A stretch of DNA of 64,000 nucleotides from Pseudomonadales bacterium (GTDB taxonomy: Bacteria > Patescibacteriota > Microgenomatia > UBA1400 > PJMF01), in NCBI GenBank assembly GCA_020632235.1, contig JACKFY010000002.1:163954-227953 (forward strand), in the 5' to 3' direction. Position 1 is the stretch's first letter. Each line of letters starts with the position of its first letter. Below the pieces are notes generated by a model that was not told the origin of the DNA, ran no database searches, and worked only from the letters and a program-made list of their open reading frames with translations. This document shows positions 7,483-17,488 of this stretch, piece after piece. Both the position numbers and the translations under genes were made by a program.

Positions 7483-10113
7483 ATGCCTTCTCACTCTAGA
7501 GAAATCTTTAATCCTTTAGGTGTCATTAAAATGAGGGGAGCGCTTGTGCGACAACTGCTCCATAATTCTTTGGGGAAAAGAAGGTTGTTATCACAACAAG
7601 TAAATAGCAACCAACTTATTTCTGTTCAAAAAACAGATGGATCATTTAGAGAGCGTATGGTAAGTGTGAGGGGACCGTGGTATCAGCAGTATATGCAACA
7701 AGTATATGATAAACTTGATGTGTTGGCTGGCTTGCTGGCATGTGACACACGAAGCATAGACATGCTTTTTGGTGCATACCAAGAGGCATTTGATATGGTG
7801 GTTGCAAGTGCTCAAGAACCACGAGCCGAAGACCTGCTTTTACGAAAGTTTGAGCAGTACTTTCACCTTTTAAGTGCAGATGCTCTGACTGTTTTAATAC
7901 AAAGAAGACACAATTTTAAAAAACAGCAGTCTCGATTTCTTTTGCAGTTTAACCTTTTTGATTTTCTTGAGTTTGTTTTTTTGGAGGAAGTGCGAGCAAC
8001 GACTGCTGCAACCATAGCTTTTGACTTGAACCAGCATATAGTCACAGAGAAAGAAGCTAAGCGCATAGCCCATATGTCGCTGAGTGCAGCAACCAATTTA
8101 CTCCAGACAGTTTTGCAGTCTGATGATAATGCCCTACTTTATTGGTTTTTAGATACATTGATGATAGAGAATGGCAAGATAAGCATGGGTTTTATCTATG
8201 ATGCAAAACTGGAAAAGTTGTCGGACTTAGCTAGTAAAGACGAGCATTATAAAGATAAAGTACGCTCTTTGCAGCTGCTTGTTATTGCCCTGTACGTTCG
8301 GTCTTGCAATGTGTTTGACAAAACATTAGTCTCGGAAAAAAGTGTTGCAACTGTAACAACTAAAATATGTCCAGAGCTACAGTCGATTGTGTCGCAGATG
8401 TTAGGTGGTGGGTATGAAGCAGCAGATCCTGCAGAACAAACGCTATTACAAGAAATAGAAGTTTTTCAGTCCCTGCGAGAAACACAGCGTATATGGAAGC
8501 AGTTTCTAGATGATATTGCATCAGGAGAAATTTCCATAAGTGACGCTGGATTGAGGTTGTACGAGAGTGACTTACAACTATTGATACAGTTTTTTCAAAA
8601 AAAATATCCTAATATAAATACAGATAAGCTCAACTCTTTTGTTAATATTGACCAAGTTTCTCAGGTTTTAAGCAGTAGATTGTATGAAATCGAAAGGTCA
8701 AGTCAGATCAGTGCAGTGAGGCGTGAGTGGCCCCCTTTTTTAAAGAATCGTTTGCCTAGTATGAAAGAGGACGATTTAAGAGCTTTGGATGCACAGAGAT
8801 TATATGAAGAATTTCTTGAGCAAAACAATATTCCTCGAAATATAGCACGTGTTGTTGATCTGGATGAGGCCGTACGCACAGCCCACCAGCTATGGCAAAC
8901 CCGCAAAAATGCATCAAATGCAAGAAGGGAGGGTGCTTTTTCAAGAAAAGGCGCCCTGCAGTATGATGACGCTTTGCATGTAATAACGATAGATTTAGAA
9001 AGAGCAATTTTAGATATAGGGATGCAAAGGTCAACAAATAGCGGAGCAACTATATTGCAGGTTGATGGAGAAGCGTTTTCAGGCAAGACGTGGCTTGCCA
9101 TGCATGAAGTCAAGCAACATGCTATTGGTTCTCAAAAACTATATATTTCTTTAGGAAAAAAATCTTCAGTCTTTAGTCTGTCACCTCGATTTTTTCTTGG
9201 GTTGGGCGAAGACAGCATGCAGCGAAGCATAAGAACAAAAATGAGAGATAATTTGGTTGTTATCTTGCAGGTTTTGGGGTTTGACGTAGGAGCCAATATG
9301 ACTTTCGATGCCACGCCAGAGTTGATTACTCAAGGAGCATGGACGAATAAAAAAAAAATTACTTTATTTATTGATGATATTAGTGGCATATCACAAACTA
9401 CGCTTCATTTATTTAAACATTTTTTTTTATCCCCTCTGAGCTCATTTGAAAATGTATCGATTGTTTTGTTGGATGCACCGAGTAGTAGCTGCGACTGGTA
9501 TGATTTGAAATATACAAACGCTGAAAAAGTAACTTTACCCCCACTCACTCATCCTCAGGTTGCTGAGCTTACCGACAAGCTCATAGCTCAAGGTTTTTTC
9601 TTGGAAGAAACTGACCCGACCACATTACTAGAGTACAGCGGCGGCAATGCAGGGCTAGTAACTTTTTTTGCTAGAAACGGGATAGAGTTTCCTGATTGCA
9701 ATAGGTTTTTACACACACTACTTGATAGAGAAATAAATGAATCGCTAGTATTCTACCTCAAGCTACTCGCGCCGTTGGACGGATTTAACCAAGACATGAT
9801 CGAACATTTGCGAGATGATGCATGGTTTGGGAATGAAGATCCGTATGACAAGGACGAACGCAGTCTCGTGATTCGGGAACGGCTGCTGGATACTCATTTG
9901 GTGCGTTGGGACAACAGTGCTGCCTATTTTAGAATCGACCCCGCATTGCAACAACTCTTGAATCTGTGGATGAAAGATTACGAGCCGCAACGTTGGAGCA
10001 AGATTCGAGAGGCTATGGTGGGCTACTTTGCCTACTGGGCTGAGGAAGCAAGGAAAGAGGGGGAGGAAAAAATTGCACAAAGTTTTGAAAAACAACGTGA
10101 ATTTTATCAATAA
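7483..10113 (+). CDS. Large orphan P-loop NTPase (876 aa): ~500-aa N-terminal helical region, a Walker A/B core and a C-terminal helical region; possibly STAND/AAA-like. No recognisable effector or DNA-binding domain.
   Basis: GEAFSGKT (Walker A, about nt 9067-9090) and ITLFIDDIS (Walker B, about nt 9361-9387). The gene looks AT-richer than its neighbours by eye. Confidence 0.55.
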   Translation: MPSHSREIFNPLGVIKMRGALVRQLLHNSLGKRRLLSQQVNSNQLISVQKTDGSFRERMVSVRGPWYQQYMQQVYDKLDVLAGLLACDTRSIDMLFGAYQEAFDMVVASAQEPRAEDLLLRKFEQYFHLLSADALTVLIQRRHNFKKQQSRFLLQFNLFDFLEFVFLEEVRATTAATIAFDLNQHIVTEKEAKRIAHMSLSAATNLLQTVLQSDDNALLYWFLDTLMIENGKISMGFIYDAKLEKLSDLASKDEHYKDKVRSLQLLVIALYVRSCNVFDKTLVSEKSVATVTTKICPELQSIVSQMLGGGYEAADPAEQTLLQEIEVFQSLRETQRIWKQFLDDIASGEISISDAGLRLYESDLQLLIQFFQKKYPNINTDKLNSFVNIDQVSQVLSSRLYEIERSSQISAVRREWPPFLKNRLPSMKEDDLRALDAQRLYEEFLEQNNIPRNIARVVDLDEAVRTAHQLWQTRKNASNARREGAFSRKGALQYDDALHVITIDLERAILDIGMQRSTNSGATILQVDGEAFSGKTWLAMHEVKQHAIGSQKLYISLGKKSSVFSLSPRFFLGLGEDSMQRSIRTKMRDNLVVILQVLGFDVGANMTFDATPELITQGAWTNKKKITLFIDDISGISQTTLHLFKHFFLSPLSSFENVSIVLLDAPSSSCDWYDLKYTNAEKVTLPPLTHPQVAELTDKLIAQGFFLEETDPTTLLEYSGGNAGLVTFFARNGIEFPDCNRFLHTLLDREINESLVFYLKLLAPLDGFNQDMIEHLRDDAWFGNEDPYDKDERSLVIRERLLDTHLVRWDNSAAYFRIDPALQQLLNLWMKDYEPQRWSKIREAMVGYFAYWAEEARKEGEEKIAQSFEKQREFYQ

Positions 10114-10124
10114 GGCTTTGGTTG

Positions 10125-11177
10125 CTAGTTTATAACCCCATTCTTCACCTCGCTCCACTTCGCTGTATTTTGCCCCTCAATCCGCACTACCTCAAGTACT
10201 AGCTGATTATTCTGTTTGAGAGAAACCTCCAAGATCTTCATGCGTTTTTTACCTTTTTTAGTAGGAATAGTTGTCCATAGTCCTGGGTAGCCAGCCAGCG
10301 CGCGGGTGGCGCGCATCACCAACTTTGGCAGGGCTGGCTGTTCTTGGATTGGAAGGCTTTGCAGTACCTCTGCAAAAAGAGGCGGCATCTCTGCTGACTC
10401 AACGGCTTGATTACTAAGTATTTTTTGTAAGACACTCCATTGTATATACCCGTCATCTCGACTCAGTCTTCGCGCATATACACCAGCTTTAGGTTGGGGG
10501 GAGGGAGGGAGGTAGTACTGTGTCGCATCGCTATTTTTATTTTTTCCAGGCTGAATGTTTATTTTATGCGACAGTGTCTCTTTTTCTCGCATGTGCCAAT
10601 GGTGATATTTTTGTAGCATTTCTCCAATCTCCCTGGCTCCTAATGTGTATAGTGTTTCGTATAGTGTTTCTCTGGTATCGGTCGGCTGTATCTCTACAAT
10701 GCTTTGCGCAATCATCTTTCCCGTGTCAAATTGGGGTGACATCTCAATCAGTGTCACGCCAGCTTTTCTCTCGCCGCGCAGCAACATCCACTCGGCTGGG
10801 TTGGCGCCCCGATAGTGGGGTAGCAGGCTCAAATGGAGGTTGAGACTCGCTATGTGTGGGTGTTCAAGCCAACTTTGAGGTAACAGCTTGCCGTATCCAG
10901 CAGTCAAGAAATAATTTGACGGCTCGCTTGTTAGTTTTTGAAGCTCTTGGCTAGTTAGTGTATCGGGGGTACAAACCGGAGTGGCGTACGCTTCTGCTAG
11001 CTGGTGAACGGGGTTTTTAAGCATGCCTTTTTTCTTGTCGATGAGCGGTGGGGTAGTCACCACAGCTGTTACTTGAAACCGGCCATCATCAAGTAACGCT
11101 TGCAAAACAGAGGCAGAGTACTGCAGGAACGAGCCAAAAAAGACAAGAGAAACGGGCGGCTGTTTTGGATTTTGCAT
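10125..11177 (-). CDS. fmt: Methionyl-tRNA formyltransferase.
   Basis: N.H.SLLP.YRG..P formyltransferase motif plus the C-terminal Fmt domain. Confidence 0.85.
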   Translation of the reverse strand: MQNPKQPPVSLVFFGSFLQYSASVLQALLDDGRFQVTAVVTTPPLIDKKKGMLKNPVHQLAEAYATPVCTPDTLTSQELQKLTSEPSNYFLTAGYGKLLPQSWLEHPHIASLNLHLSLLPHYRGANPAEWMLLRGERKAGVTLIEMSPQFDTGKMIAQSIVEIQPTDTRETLYETLYTLGAREIGEMLQKYHHWHMREKETLSHKINIQPGKNKNSDATQYYLPPSPQPKAGVYARRLSRDDGYIQWSVLQKILSNQAVESAEMPPLFAEVLQSLPIQEQPALPKLVMRATRALAGYPGLWTTIPTKKGKKRMKILEVSLKQNNQLVLEVVRIEGQNTAKWSEVKNGVIN

Positions 11178-11214
11178 GGTAGGGGTAGTATACTAGATGA
11201 CCATCTAGCTATTT

Positions 11215-11676
11215 ATGAAATACTCCCACACGCAAATGAGCTACCCGATGATTTTGATCACACTGATTGTCTGGGCGCTGTTTATGTGGGCCCAGTTTGT
11301 TACTAGATTGGAACCAACTTCTGCCAATTCTGGCGCAAACTTTGGGGTCACTGCTGTGATGGTGCTTGCTGTTCTCGCTCTTGCCTCATTTATAACTATA
11401 CAGGTGAGTGTTGACGAGCGTTTTGTACGGGTCAAATTTGGGTATGGGCTATTTCGCAAGCGATTTTTACTTTCTGAAATCAAATCTGCAAAGGTGGTGA
11501 AGAGCCCCTGGTATTATGGCTGGGGGATTCATTATTGGCTGTGGCCACAGATGTGGATTTACAGCATTTCTGGACTTGATGCCGTAGAGATTGTGCTTAA
11601 AAATGAAGCGGTTTATCGCATAGGAAGCGATGAGGTAGAAAAACTAGAAGCAGCTATGACTCGCTCAATTACCTAA
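11215..11676 (+). CDS. Membrane protein with two N-terminal TM helices and a PH-like (YdbS/DUF304-like) domain.
   Basis: Hydrophobic hairpin plus a C-terminal beta-rich domain; weak family resemblance. Confidence 0.4.
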   Translation: MKYSHTQMSYPMILITLIVWALFMWAQFVTRLEPTSANSGANFGVTAVMVLAVLALASFITIQVSVDERFVRVKFGYGLFRKRFLLSEIKSAKVVKSPWYYGWGIHYWLWPQMWIYSISGLDAVEIVLKNEAVYRIGSDEVEKLEAAMTRSIT

Positions 11677-12018
11677 ATGCAAAAACCAAACATCTTGGTT
11701 GTATGTGGCAGAAATAAACGGCGCAGTAGAACTGCCGAAGAGATTTTCAAACACGATAGCCGCTTTTATATTCGCTCGGTTGGGCTGAGCCCTCGCAGCA
11801 GGCGCGTTATCTCTGGGAAAGATGTGCTGTGGGCAGATCTAATCTTGGTGATGGAAGACGAACAAAAAGCAAAGCTTTTACAGTTACACCCTCAGGTAGT
11901 ACAAGCCAAAGTGGAGGTTTTGCACATTCCCGATGAATACGAATGTATGGACGGCGAGCTGATAGAGATTCTTCAAAAGAGCATAGAGGGTGTTTTGCTA
12001 GAGATATTCCGTTTGTAA
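11677..12018 (+). CDS. Low-molecular-weight phosphatase/ArsC-like family protein (CX5R P-loop).
   Basis: VVCGRNKRRS = C-X5-R-S phosphatase P-loop at the N-terminus. Confidence 0.5.
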   Translation: MQKPNILVVCGRNKRRSRTAEEIFKHDSRFYIRSVGLSPRSRRVISGKDVLWADLILVMEDEQKAKLLQLHPQVVQAKVEVLHIPDEYECMDGELIEILQKSIEGVLLEIFRL

Positions 12019-12046
12019 GGATTCTGGGCGGTTTTTGCTTCTGTTT

Positions 12047-12613
12047 TCAAAACATCTCTAAAATATCATGCTTGATAGGGACCAGCTTGTCGGTTTTTGC
12101 ATCGCTCATGTGGGCGGGTAGCTCATACTTGAGCACGTAGTCAGTAAACAAAATACCTTCCAGGTGGTCAAACTCGTGTTGCATGACGCGAGCAGGGAAG
12201 TCGTAAAACGTTTCGGTTTTCTCTCTCCAGTTATTGTCTTCAAGCTCCAAAAACTGATAGGTGATGCTAGTGTAGCGTGGCACTGGCGCGTAGATACCTT
12301 TGATGGAGAGACAGCCCTCAAGGTCGGGGTCGTCGGGGTCTTTTCCCAGCGACTGTGTGCTTGACTGGTCAACCACAACAGGATTGATAAAGATGCGCAC
12401 GTTTCTTTGTTTTTCTTCGTCGCCAAAGGCAGTAGCAAATACGCGCAAGCTGGCGTTCACTTGTGGGGCCGCCAGGCCAACGCCTGGCGGATCGTTGGCG
12501 TCCAGCAGGGTTTCTGCCAGTTTTTCTAGAAAATTAAGTTGCGCTTGGTCGGCCAGGTCTACTTCTGTGGCTTTAGTGCGGAGGGTGGGGTGGGGGGCCT
12601 GGATGATGGTCAT
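12047..12613 (-). CDS. def: Peptide deformylase.
   Basis: GVGLAAPQV, EGCLS and HEFDHLEG motifs. Confidence 0.9.
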   Translation of the reverse strand: MTIIQAPHPTLRTKATEVDLADQAQLNFLEKLAETLLDANDPPGVGLAAPQVNASLRVFATAFGDEEKQRNVRIFINPVVVDQSSTQSLGKDPDDPDLEGCLSIKGIYAPVPRYTSITYQFLELEDNNWREKTETFYDFPARVMQHEFDHLEGILFTDYVLKYELPAHMSDAKTDKLVPIKHDILEMF

Positions 12614-12649
12614 GGGGTGGAGGTATTGTAGCAGAGAAGGAAAAAATTT

Positions 12650-14779
12650 TTACTCTTGAGTCACGTTATTTTTTTCTACTACCTCCAACGCCCGCTCATT
12701 GGCCGTATTTATATTCTCTAAAATATATTGGGCAGATTTCTTGGCTTCATCTTCGTACCCTTCAGCTAGCTGGAGCTCCATCAAGCTTTGCCAGGCTGCC
12801 TCGTAGTTTGGTTTGAGTGCTATCGCTTCTTCAAGTACCTGATGGGTTAACTCTGTTTGTTCTTGTCGTTTGTAGATCTCTGCCATGGTGAGCGGGAGAG
12901 TGGGGTCGGTGGGAGAGCGCTCGCGCGCCTCTTTCGTGTACTCGAGTGCTTCGTCAAGGTACTGCGCATCAATAGTCGAAAGCAGCAGGTCAATGCGTAT
13001 TCGTGAGTGGTAAAAGTTGAGGTGGACAGGGTTGAGGGCAAGCGCTGTGTCACTCAGTGCTATGGCGTTTTGCTCAAACTCGGTTGCTTCAGCCAGGCTG
13101 TTTTCGTGTAGTTGGGCGGCAATTTGGGCGTAGACATCTGCCAGGTAGTCGCTGTAGAGGGCCTCGTTTGGTCTGATTTGCACCGCTTGTTCCAGCGCAT
13201 CCAAACCTTTGGCATACTCGCCTGCCTCAATATACTGCTGTCCTTTGGCAAAGATGCGATCGGTGTTCCAGTAGACAAACAGTTGGTAGAGAAACGCGAG
13301 GCACGCAACGCACAGTATGCCTATGGTTTTTTTTTCACCTCTAACATGCCGAAAGAAACTGTGATTTTTTTGATAGAAATTATATTTTTTACTTGATTTA
13401 TCAATATCTTTTTTGCCAAAGATAGCAATTACGATATAAAAAACAGTGCCTAGCACTGCACTTGTAACAGTTGAAAAACCAAAGAAGTTGGCTATCCAAA
13501 CAGCAACACTGCCCGCAATGACTCCGACCGTTATGGTTGTCACAAACGGCGTTTGTTTTTTCTTGAGTAGCAGATAGCTCTGCCAGATAAGTGCGCCTTG
13601 CAATAACAGTAAGGCGATCAAACCCACAGTGCCGGTGGTAGCAGCAGTGTTGAGGTACTCGTTGTGGGCTTTGTTGTACAGGAAGCTCCACTCGGACACC
13701 AGGTTGTGTTCTACGGGTCGGTCTTGGTAATAGCTATAGGCAAACGTCTCGACGCCAGAGCCGAACAAAGGGTGGCGTCTCCAAACATCTATCGCTCCTC
13801 TCCAGACAATTTTTCTAATTTCGCCAGAGTCAGTGCCGCCTTGCTCTAGTCTATTAAGTGGTGGTGGCTCGACTACCTTGATAGGCGAGATGCGCTCGAC
13901 CAATCCAGGTGAATAAGGTGAGCCGAAAACCAGAACAACTGCCAGTATCGCCCCTAGTGTCCCGGCGAGCATGTTTTTCTTCTCTTCCAGGTGCGTGATG
14001 TTTTTTCTGCCCATCCAGAGAAACACAAGTGTGATCACGCCACTTGCCAAAAAGGCTAAAAACCCAGAGCGAGAACCGGTAAAAATAAGCGCCATCGTCA
14101 TGAATATACTCGAAACCCCGTAGATCAGACGCACCCATCGTTCTTTGTAGTAGGCGCCAAGCAGTACAGTTAGTGGAATCATGCCCACTAGATAGGTGGC
14201 CATCCAGTTAGGCTGGCCAAAGCTAGCAAAGACTCTAATCTGTACGGTCTGTACCCAGCAGGAAACATTAAACGAACCAGTGATAAGAGCGCAGCTGGGT
14301 GAGTGACCAAAGTGCTCTAAAATGCCATACACGCTTACCAGAGCAGTCGAGATCACCAGCGAGTGCATGAGCTTTGGAATGTCTTTTTTTTGCAGCGTGT
14401 TGACCGCCGCGTAGTAGATTGCTAGATAAGCTAGAGTCGAGAGAAGTCCACCATGAAAGCGACTATAGTAGCCAAAAAGACTGGTGTAGGGGTGCATCGA
14501 CAGAGCAGTTGAGATCATCTGGGAAAGTAAAAAAAGTGCCAGCGGGATGTCAAACACTGTTTTGCGTAGCCCCCCGGTTTTTTTGTGCACCATTTCGATG
14601 AGCCACAGCGCTACCACAATTACCGCAAAACCATAGGTGAAGACCATTTTGTTAAACTCAAACAGCTCGGTGTTGATCCAGGTAAAGACAAACGGCAGGG
14701 TAAAGAGATAGATCTGAAATAGTGTGACGATTCGTTTTCTCACAGGGGTGATTGTATGGCTTCGTTGGTTGTTGCTCAA
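12650..14779 (-). CDS. O-antigen ligase/polymerase-like polytopic membrane protein with a C-terminal TPR domain.
   Basis: About 10 TM helices with a Wzy_C-like loop; C-terminal TPR-like helical repeats. Confidence 0.6.
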   Translation of the reverse strand: MSNNQRSHTITPVRKRIVTLFQIYLFTLPFVFTWINTELFEFNKMVFTYGFAVIVVALWLIEMVHKKTGGLRKTVFDIPLALFLLSQMISTALSMHPYTSLFGYYSRFHGGLLSTLAYLAIYYAAVNTLQKKDIPKLMHSLVISTALVSVYGILEHFGHSPSCALITGSFNVSCWVQTVQIRVFASFGQPNWMATYLVGMIPLTVLLGAYYKERWVRLIYGVSSIFMTMALIFTGSRSGFLAFLASGVITLVFLWMGRKNITHLEEKKNMLAGTLGAILAVVLVFGSPYSPGLVERISPIKVVEPPPLNRLEQGGTDSGEIRKIVWRGAIDVWRRHPLFGSGVETFAYSYYQDRPVEHNLVSEWSFLYNKAHNEYLNTAATTGTVGLIALLLLQGALIWQSYLLLKKKQTPFVTTITVGVIAGSVAVWIANFFGFSTVTSAVLGTVFYIVIAIFGKKDIDKSSKKYNFYQKNHSFFRHVRGEKKTIGILCVACLAFLYQLFVYWNTDRIFAKGQQYIEAGEYAKGLDALEQAVQIRPNEALYSDYLADVYAQIAAQLHENSLAEATEFEQNAIALSDTALALNPVHLNFYHSRIRIDLLLSTIDAQYLDEALEYTKEARERSPTDPTLPLTMAEIYKRQEQTELTHQVLEEAIALKPNYEAAWQSLMELQLAEGYEDEAKKSAQYILENINTANERALEVVEKNNVTQE

Positions 14780-14795
14780 TGGTTGATCTTAGCTC

Positions 14796-14826
14796 TTGAT
14801 AAATTTAGAGAGAGAGAGAGGATAAT
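14796..14826 (+). promoter_or_regulatory. Putative promoter: TTGATA, 19-nt spacer containing (AG)7 (14807-14820), then GATAAT.
   Basis: Near-identical core to the promoter at 60511-60540. Confidence 0.4.
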
Positions 14827-14917
14827 GAGCTCTACTATGGGCAGAGAAGGACTACGTCAAACTATAGAGGGAATCAAAATTGAACATTCAAGGCCACCTC
14901 AAAAATAGGATGGACTG

Positions 14918-15139
14918 GTGACACTTGTTGGTGTGTTTTGTGAGCCAACAAACGCCCACGGTGTGACTGCAGAACAGATTAAAGCAGAAATAAGATTACT
15001 GGCGCCAGATTCTTCTATAAATATTCTCGATATTTTTTCGACTAGATATAGACTAGGTCAAATTTCGGTTACTCAGTTAGAACCATTACGATCTTTGTAC
15101 TATCAAGTAGCTGAAGAACTTCGCTCAGGATCAGGCTAA
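14918..15139 (+). CDS. Hypothetical small protein (73 aa).
   Basis: ORF only. Confidence 0.3.
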   Translation: MTLVGVFCEPTNAHGVTAEQIKAEIRLLAPDSSINILDIFSTRYRLGQISVTQLEPLRSLYYQVAEELRSGSG

Positions 15140-15206
15140 ACTCCTGCTTGGTTTTGTTTTTGGAGTGTGTCATACTTTGTTTGTACAGTAGTAATAGAAA
15201 GAACGT

Positions 15207-15674
15207 ATGCAAGATGCTGCCCAGCCTCAAGTTGCTACCAGTGAAGCACTTGAAGATCAAAATATTTTTCACCTTCTCGGGGTGACCGATGGCTCTGATG
15301 AAGAGCGCGAGTCATTTCTTGATGAACTACAGCAAGTGATTTGGGATGATTTTCTTGATTTTGATGTGAAGTTGCTCATTACCAGCGATGAGTACGAAGA
15401 GTTTCAGACCATTCGTTCTGGTGCAGATGCAACTGATCTGGAAAACCAAGAGAAAATTGTGGTGTTTTTAGAAAAGCTTATTCCTGACCTGGAAGATATT
15501 ATGCTTGAGAAAGCTTTAGAGCTCAAAGGAGACATGGTGCGTGAGCGTATTGCGGGCATGAGAGAGTACCACTCGGGGAATACGCAGGCTTTGGCGCAGA
15601 TTGACCAGGCAGAAGCCCAACTAAGAGACGACCTGTGGAAGTCTGCCGCCGATACGCTCAATGCTATTGGTTAG
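15207..15674 (+). CDS. Hypothetical acidic protein (155 aa).
   Basis: ORF; helical and acidic. Confidence 0.4.
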   Translation: MQDAAQPQVATSEALEDQNIFHLLGVTDGSDEERESFLDELQQVIWDDFLDFDVKLLITSDEYEEFQTIRSGADATDLENQEKIVVFLEKLIPDLEDIMLEKALELKGDMVRERIAGMREYHSGNTQALAQIDQAEAQLRDDLWKSAADTLNAIG

Positions 15675-15735
15675 TCCCGTTTTATTTTTTGTTTGAGTGA
15701 GTATCTCTTTGTTCTTCTAGATGGTAGGATGAGGT

Positions 15736-16698
15736 ATGTCTACGTTACTTATAGACTGCGGCTGTGCAAACACTCGGATTGTTGTTGATGGTGAGCTTGT
15801 TTTTGATCAACCCACCTGTATGGCAGTGCACGCACAGTCAGAATCAGTGGTGTCGTATGGTGACAAGGCGCTTGCTTTGTTGGGGAAAGTAGGGGCCGAT
15901 CTACGTGTTACATTTCCTGTCATGTATGGCATGCCAACTTCATATACCGCAGCCTCACGTTACTTTGATGCTGTTATCAAAGAACACGCACGCCCCGCAC
16001 TCTGGAGACGAATGTTTGCCCAGCCTGTGGTACTTACCTATTCTGGAGGTAGCTCTCCTGCTAGCACGACTGCCTGGCAGCGTGTGTTTTCATCAATTGG
16101 CTGTAGTGTAAAAAAGCACGTATTTGCTCCTGCTGCAGCGGCCAATACAGTATCTGCAAAGCTTGACGCACCGTTATGTATTTTGGTAATTGGTGCTCAG
16201 ATGAGCAGCATTGCGGTAGTGCGTGATAGGGCGGTGGTAGCATCTGCGAGCATTCGTTGGGGTGGTGCTAGGATAACCGAGATACTCCAGTCAGAGTTGG
16301 TTCGCATTCATCAGTTGCGTGTGGGGTGGAGCACAACAGAGAAACTTAAAAAACAAGTACACCTGTTTTCATCTTCATCACACAAGTCTATGGTGGTGGA
16401 AGGCAGAGATGCTATAGGCGGTAGAGCACTGAAGGTAGATATAGACACCCAAGCATGTGTGCAACCAGTGCGTGTGTACTTGGCAGAACTCGAGCACTTC
16501 ATAGCGCATTTTTTTTCTCAAATTTCGACCCAGTTAGCCACCTCGGTACTACAAAACGGCATCTTTCTTGCAGGAGGAACAGCACAGCTAATCGATGTGC
16601 CCCAGCATCTCTCGTCTGTGTTGGGGTGTCGGGTAGAGGTAGTGCCACATCCTTCTTTCGCAGCAATTAAGGGCTTACAGGTACAGTATGAAGCGTAG
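15736..16698 (+). CDS. mreB: Divergent actin-like rod-shape protein MreB.
   Basis: N-terminal IDCGCANTRIVV (cf. IDLGTANTLIYV) and C-terminal LAGGTAQL...G (cf. LTGGGALL). Followed by mreC-mreD-mrdA. Confidence 0.65.
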   Translation: MSTLLIDCGCANTRIVVDGELVFDQPTCMAVHAQSESVVSYGDKALALLGKVGADLRVTFPVMYGMPTSYTAASRYFDAVIKEHARPALWRRMFAQPVVLTYSGGSSPASTTAWQRVFSSIGCSVKKHVFAPAAAANTVSAKLDAPLCILVIGAQMSSIAVVRDRAVVASASIRWGGARITEILQSELVRIHQLRVGWSTTEKLKKQVHLFSSSSHKSMVVEGRDAIGGRALKVDIDTQACVQPVRVYLAELEHFIAHFFSQISTQLATSVLQNGIFLAGGTAQLIDVPQHLSSVLGCRVEVVPHPSFAAIKGLQVQYEA

Positions 16699-17488
16699 AG
16701 TTGCCCAGCATTCTTTTCATTTGACGCCTCAGATAGTAGTAGTGGCGTTTATCTGTTTTGTCTGTTTATTTAGCCTGAACGCTATTGGCGTGCTTACTCC
16801 TTTACAAGCAAGTATTCGTTGGACAGCACAACCTATGACGCAAGTGACCACCTCTTTTCTGTTTACGGCACAACACACACTAGATACTCTCGTGCAATTT
16901 CCTCAGTTGAGTGCAGATATTACAATACTACAAAAAGAAAATACTCTTTTGAAAGCCCAGCAAGCAACTACGCTATCACTTCTGCAAGAAAATGAAGCGC
17001 TGCGCGCCTTACTGCAGGTGGATGATACTGGTGCTGCGCATCAGGTGGTGGGACGAGTTGCCCAGGTGCACAACTATGTTACACCTATGATTTCATTTAA
17101 ACCAGAAGAAGGCGCACCAACCTCTGGCGACCTAGTGCTTTCACGAGGTGTGCTGCTGGGGTTTCTTGACGTTGTAGAACATTCGCAGGCCACAGTGTTG
17201 TTGCTTGAGCGTCGTACGGCACCTGTGGTGGCGCGCACCACTACAGGCGTTATTGGTGTTGTCCACAGAGAAGGGGACGTGTTTCTTTTTACCGATGTGC
17301 CCAGAGATACTGCTGTTACACCTGGTGAGCTGCTCGTAACTGCTGGCCAGCCCGGGGTGCCTGCGGATATCTTGATTGGTTCGGTAGGTACGCGGGTTGG
17401 CACGCGCACCTCATCTGTGCAGTCATTTCGAGTAGTACGTCCAGAGACATTTTCTTCAGTATCATTAGTAGAGCTGCGCTCGCCATGA
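16688..17488 (+). CDS. mreC: Rod shape-determining protein MreC.
   Basis: N-terminal TM helix, coiled-coil (LQKENTLLKAQ...ENEALRALL), beta-rich C-terminus; operon position. Confidence 0.6.
   Translation: MKRRVAQHSFHLTPQIVVVAFICFVCLFSLNAIGVLTPLQASIRWTAQPMTQVTTSFLFTAQHTLDTLVQFPQLSADITILQKENTLLKAQQATTLSLLQENEALRALLQVDDTGAAHQVVGRVAQVHNYVTPMISFKPEEGAPTSGDLVLSRGVLLGFLDVVEHSQATVLLLERRTAPVVARTTTGVIGVVHREGDVFLFTDVPRDTAVTPGELLVTAGQPGVPADILIGSVGTRVGTRTSSVQSFRVVRPETFSSVSLVELRSP

Noticed and set aside
7863-10158. Minus-strand ORFs nested in the 876-aa NTPase gene (7863-8096, 8703-9113, 8756-9049, 9763-10158).
   Set aside because: They lie antisense within a long ORF that has Walker motifs and a promoter, and they have no independent support.
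12106-12659. ORFs overlapping def on both strands (12106-12438, 12164-12364, 12300-12659).
   Set aside because: def has unambiguous catalytic motifs in its own frame, so these overlaps are chance ORFs.
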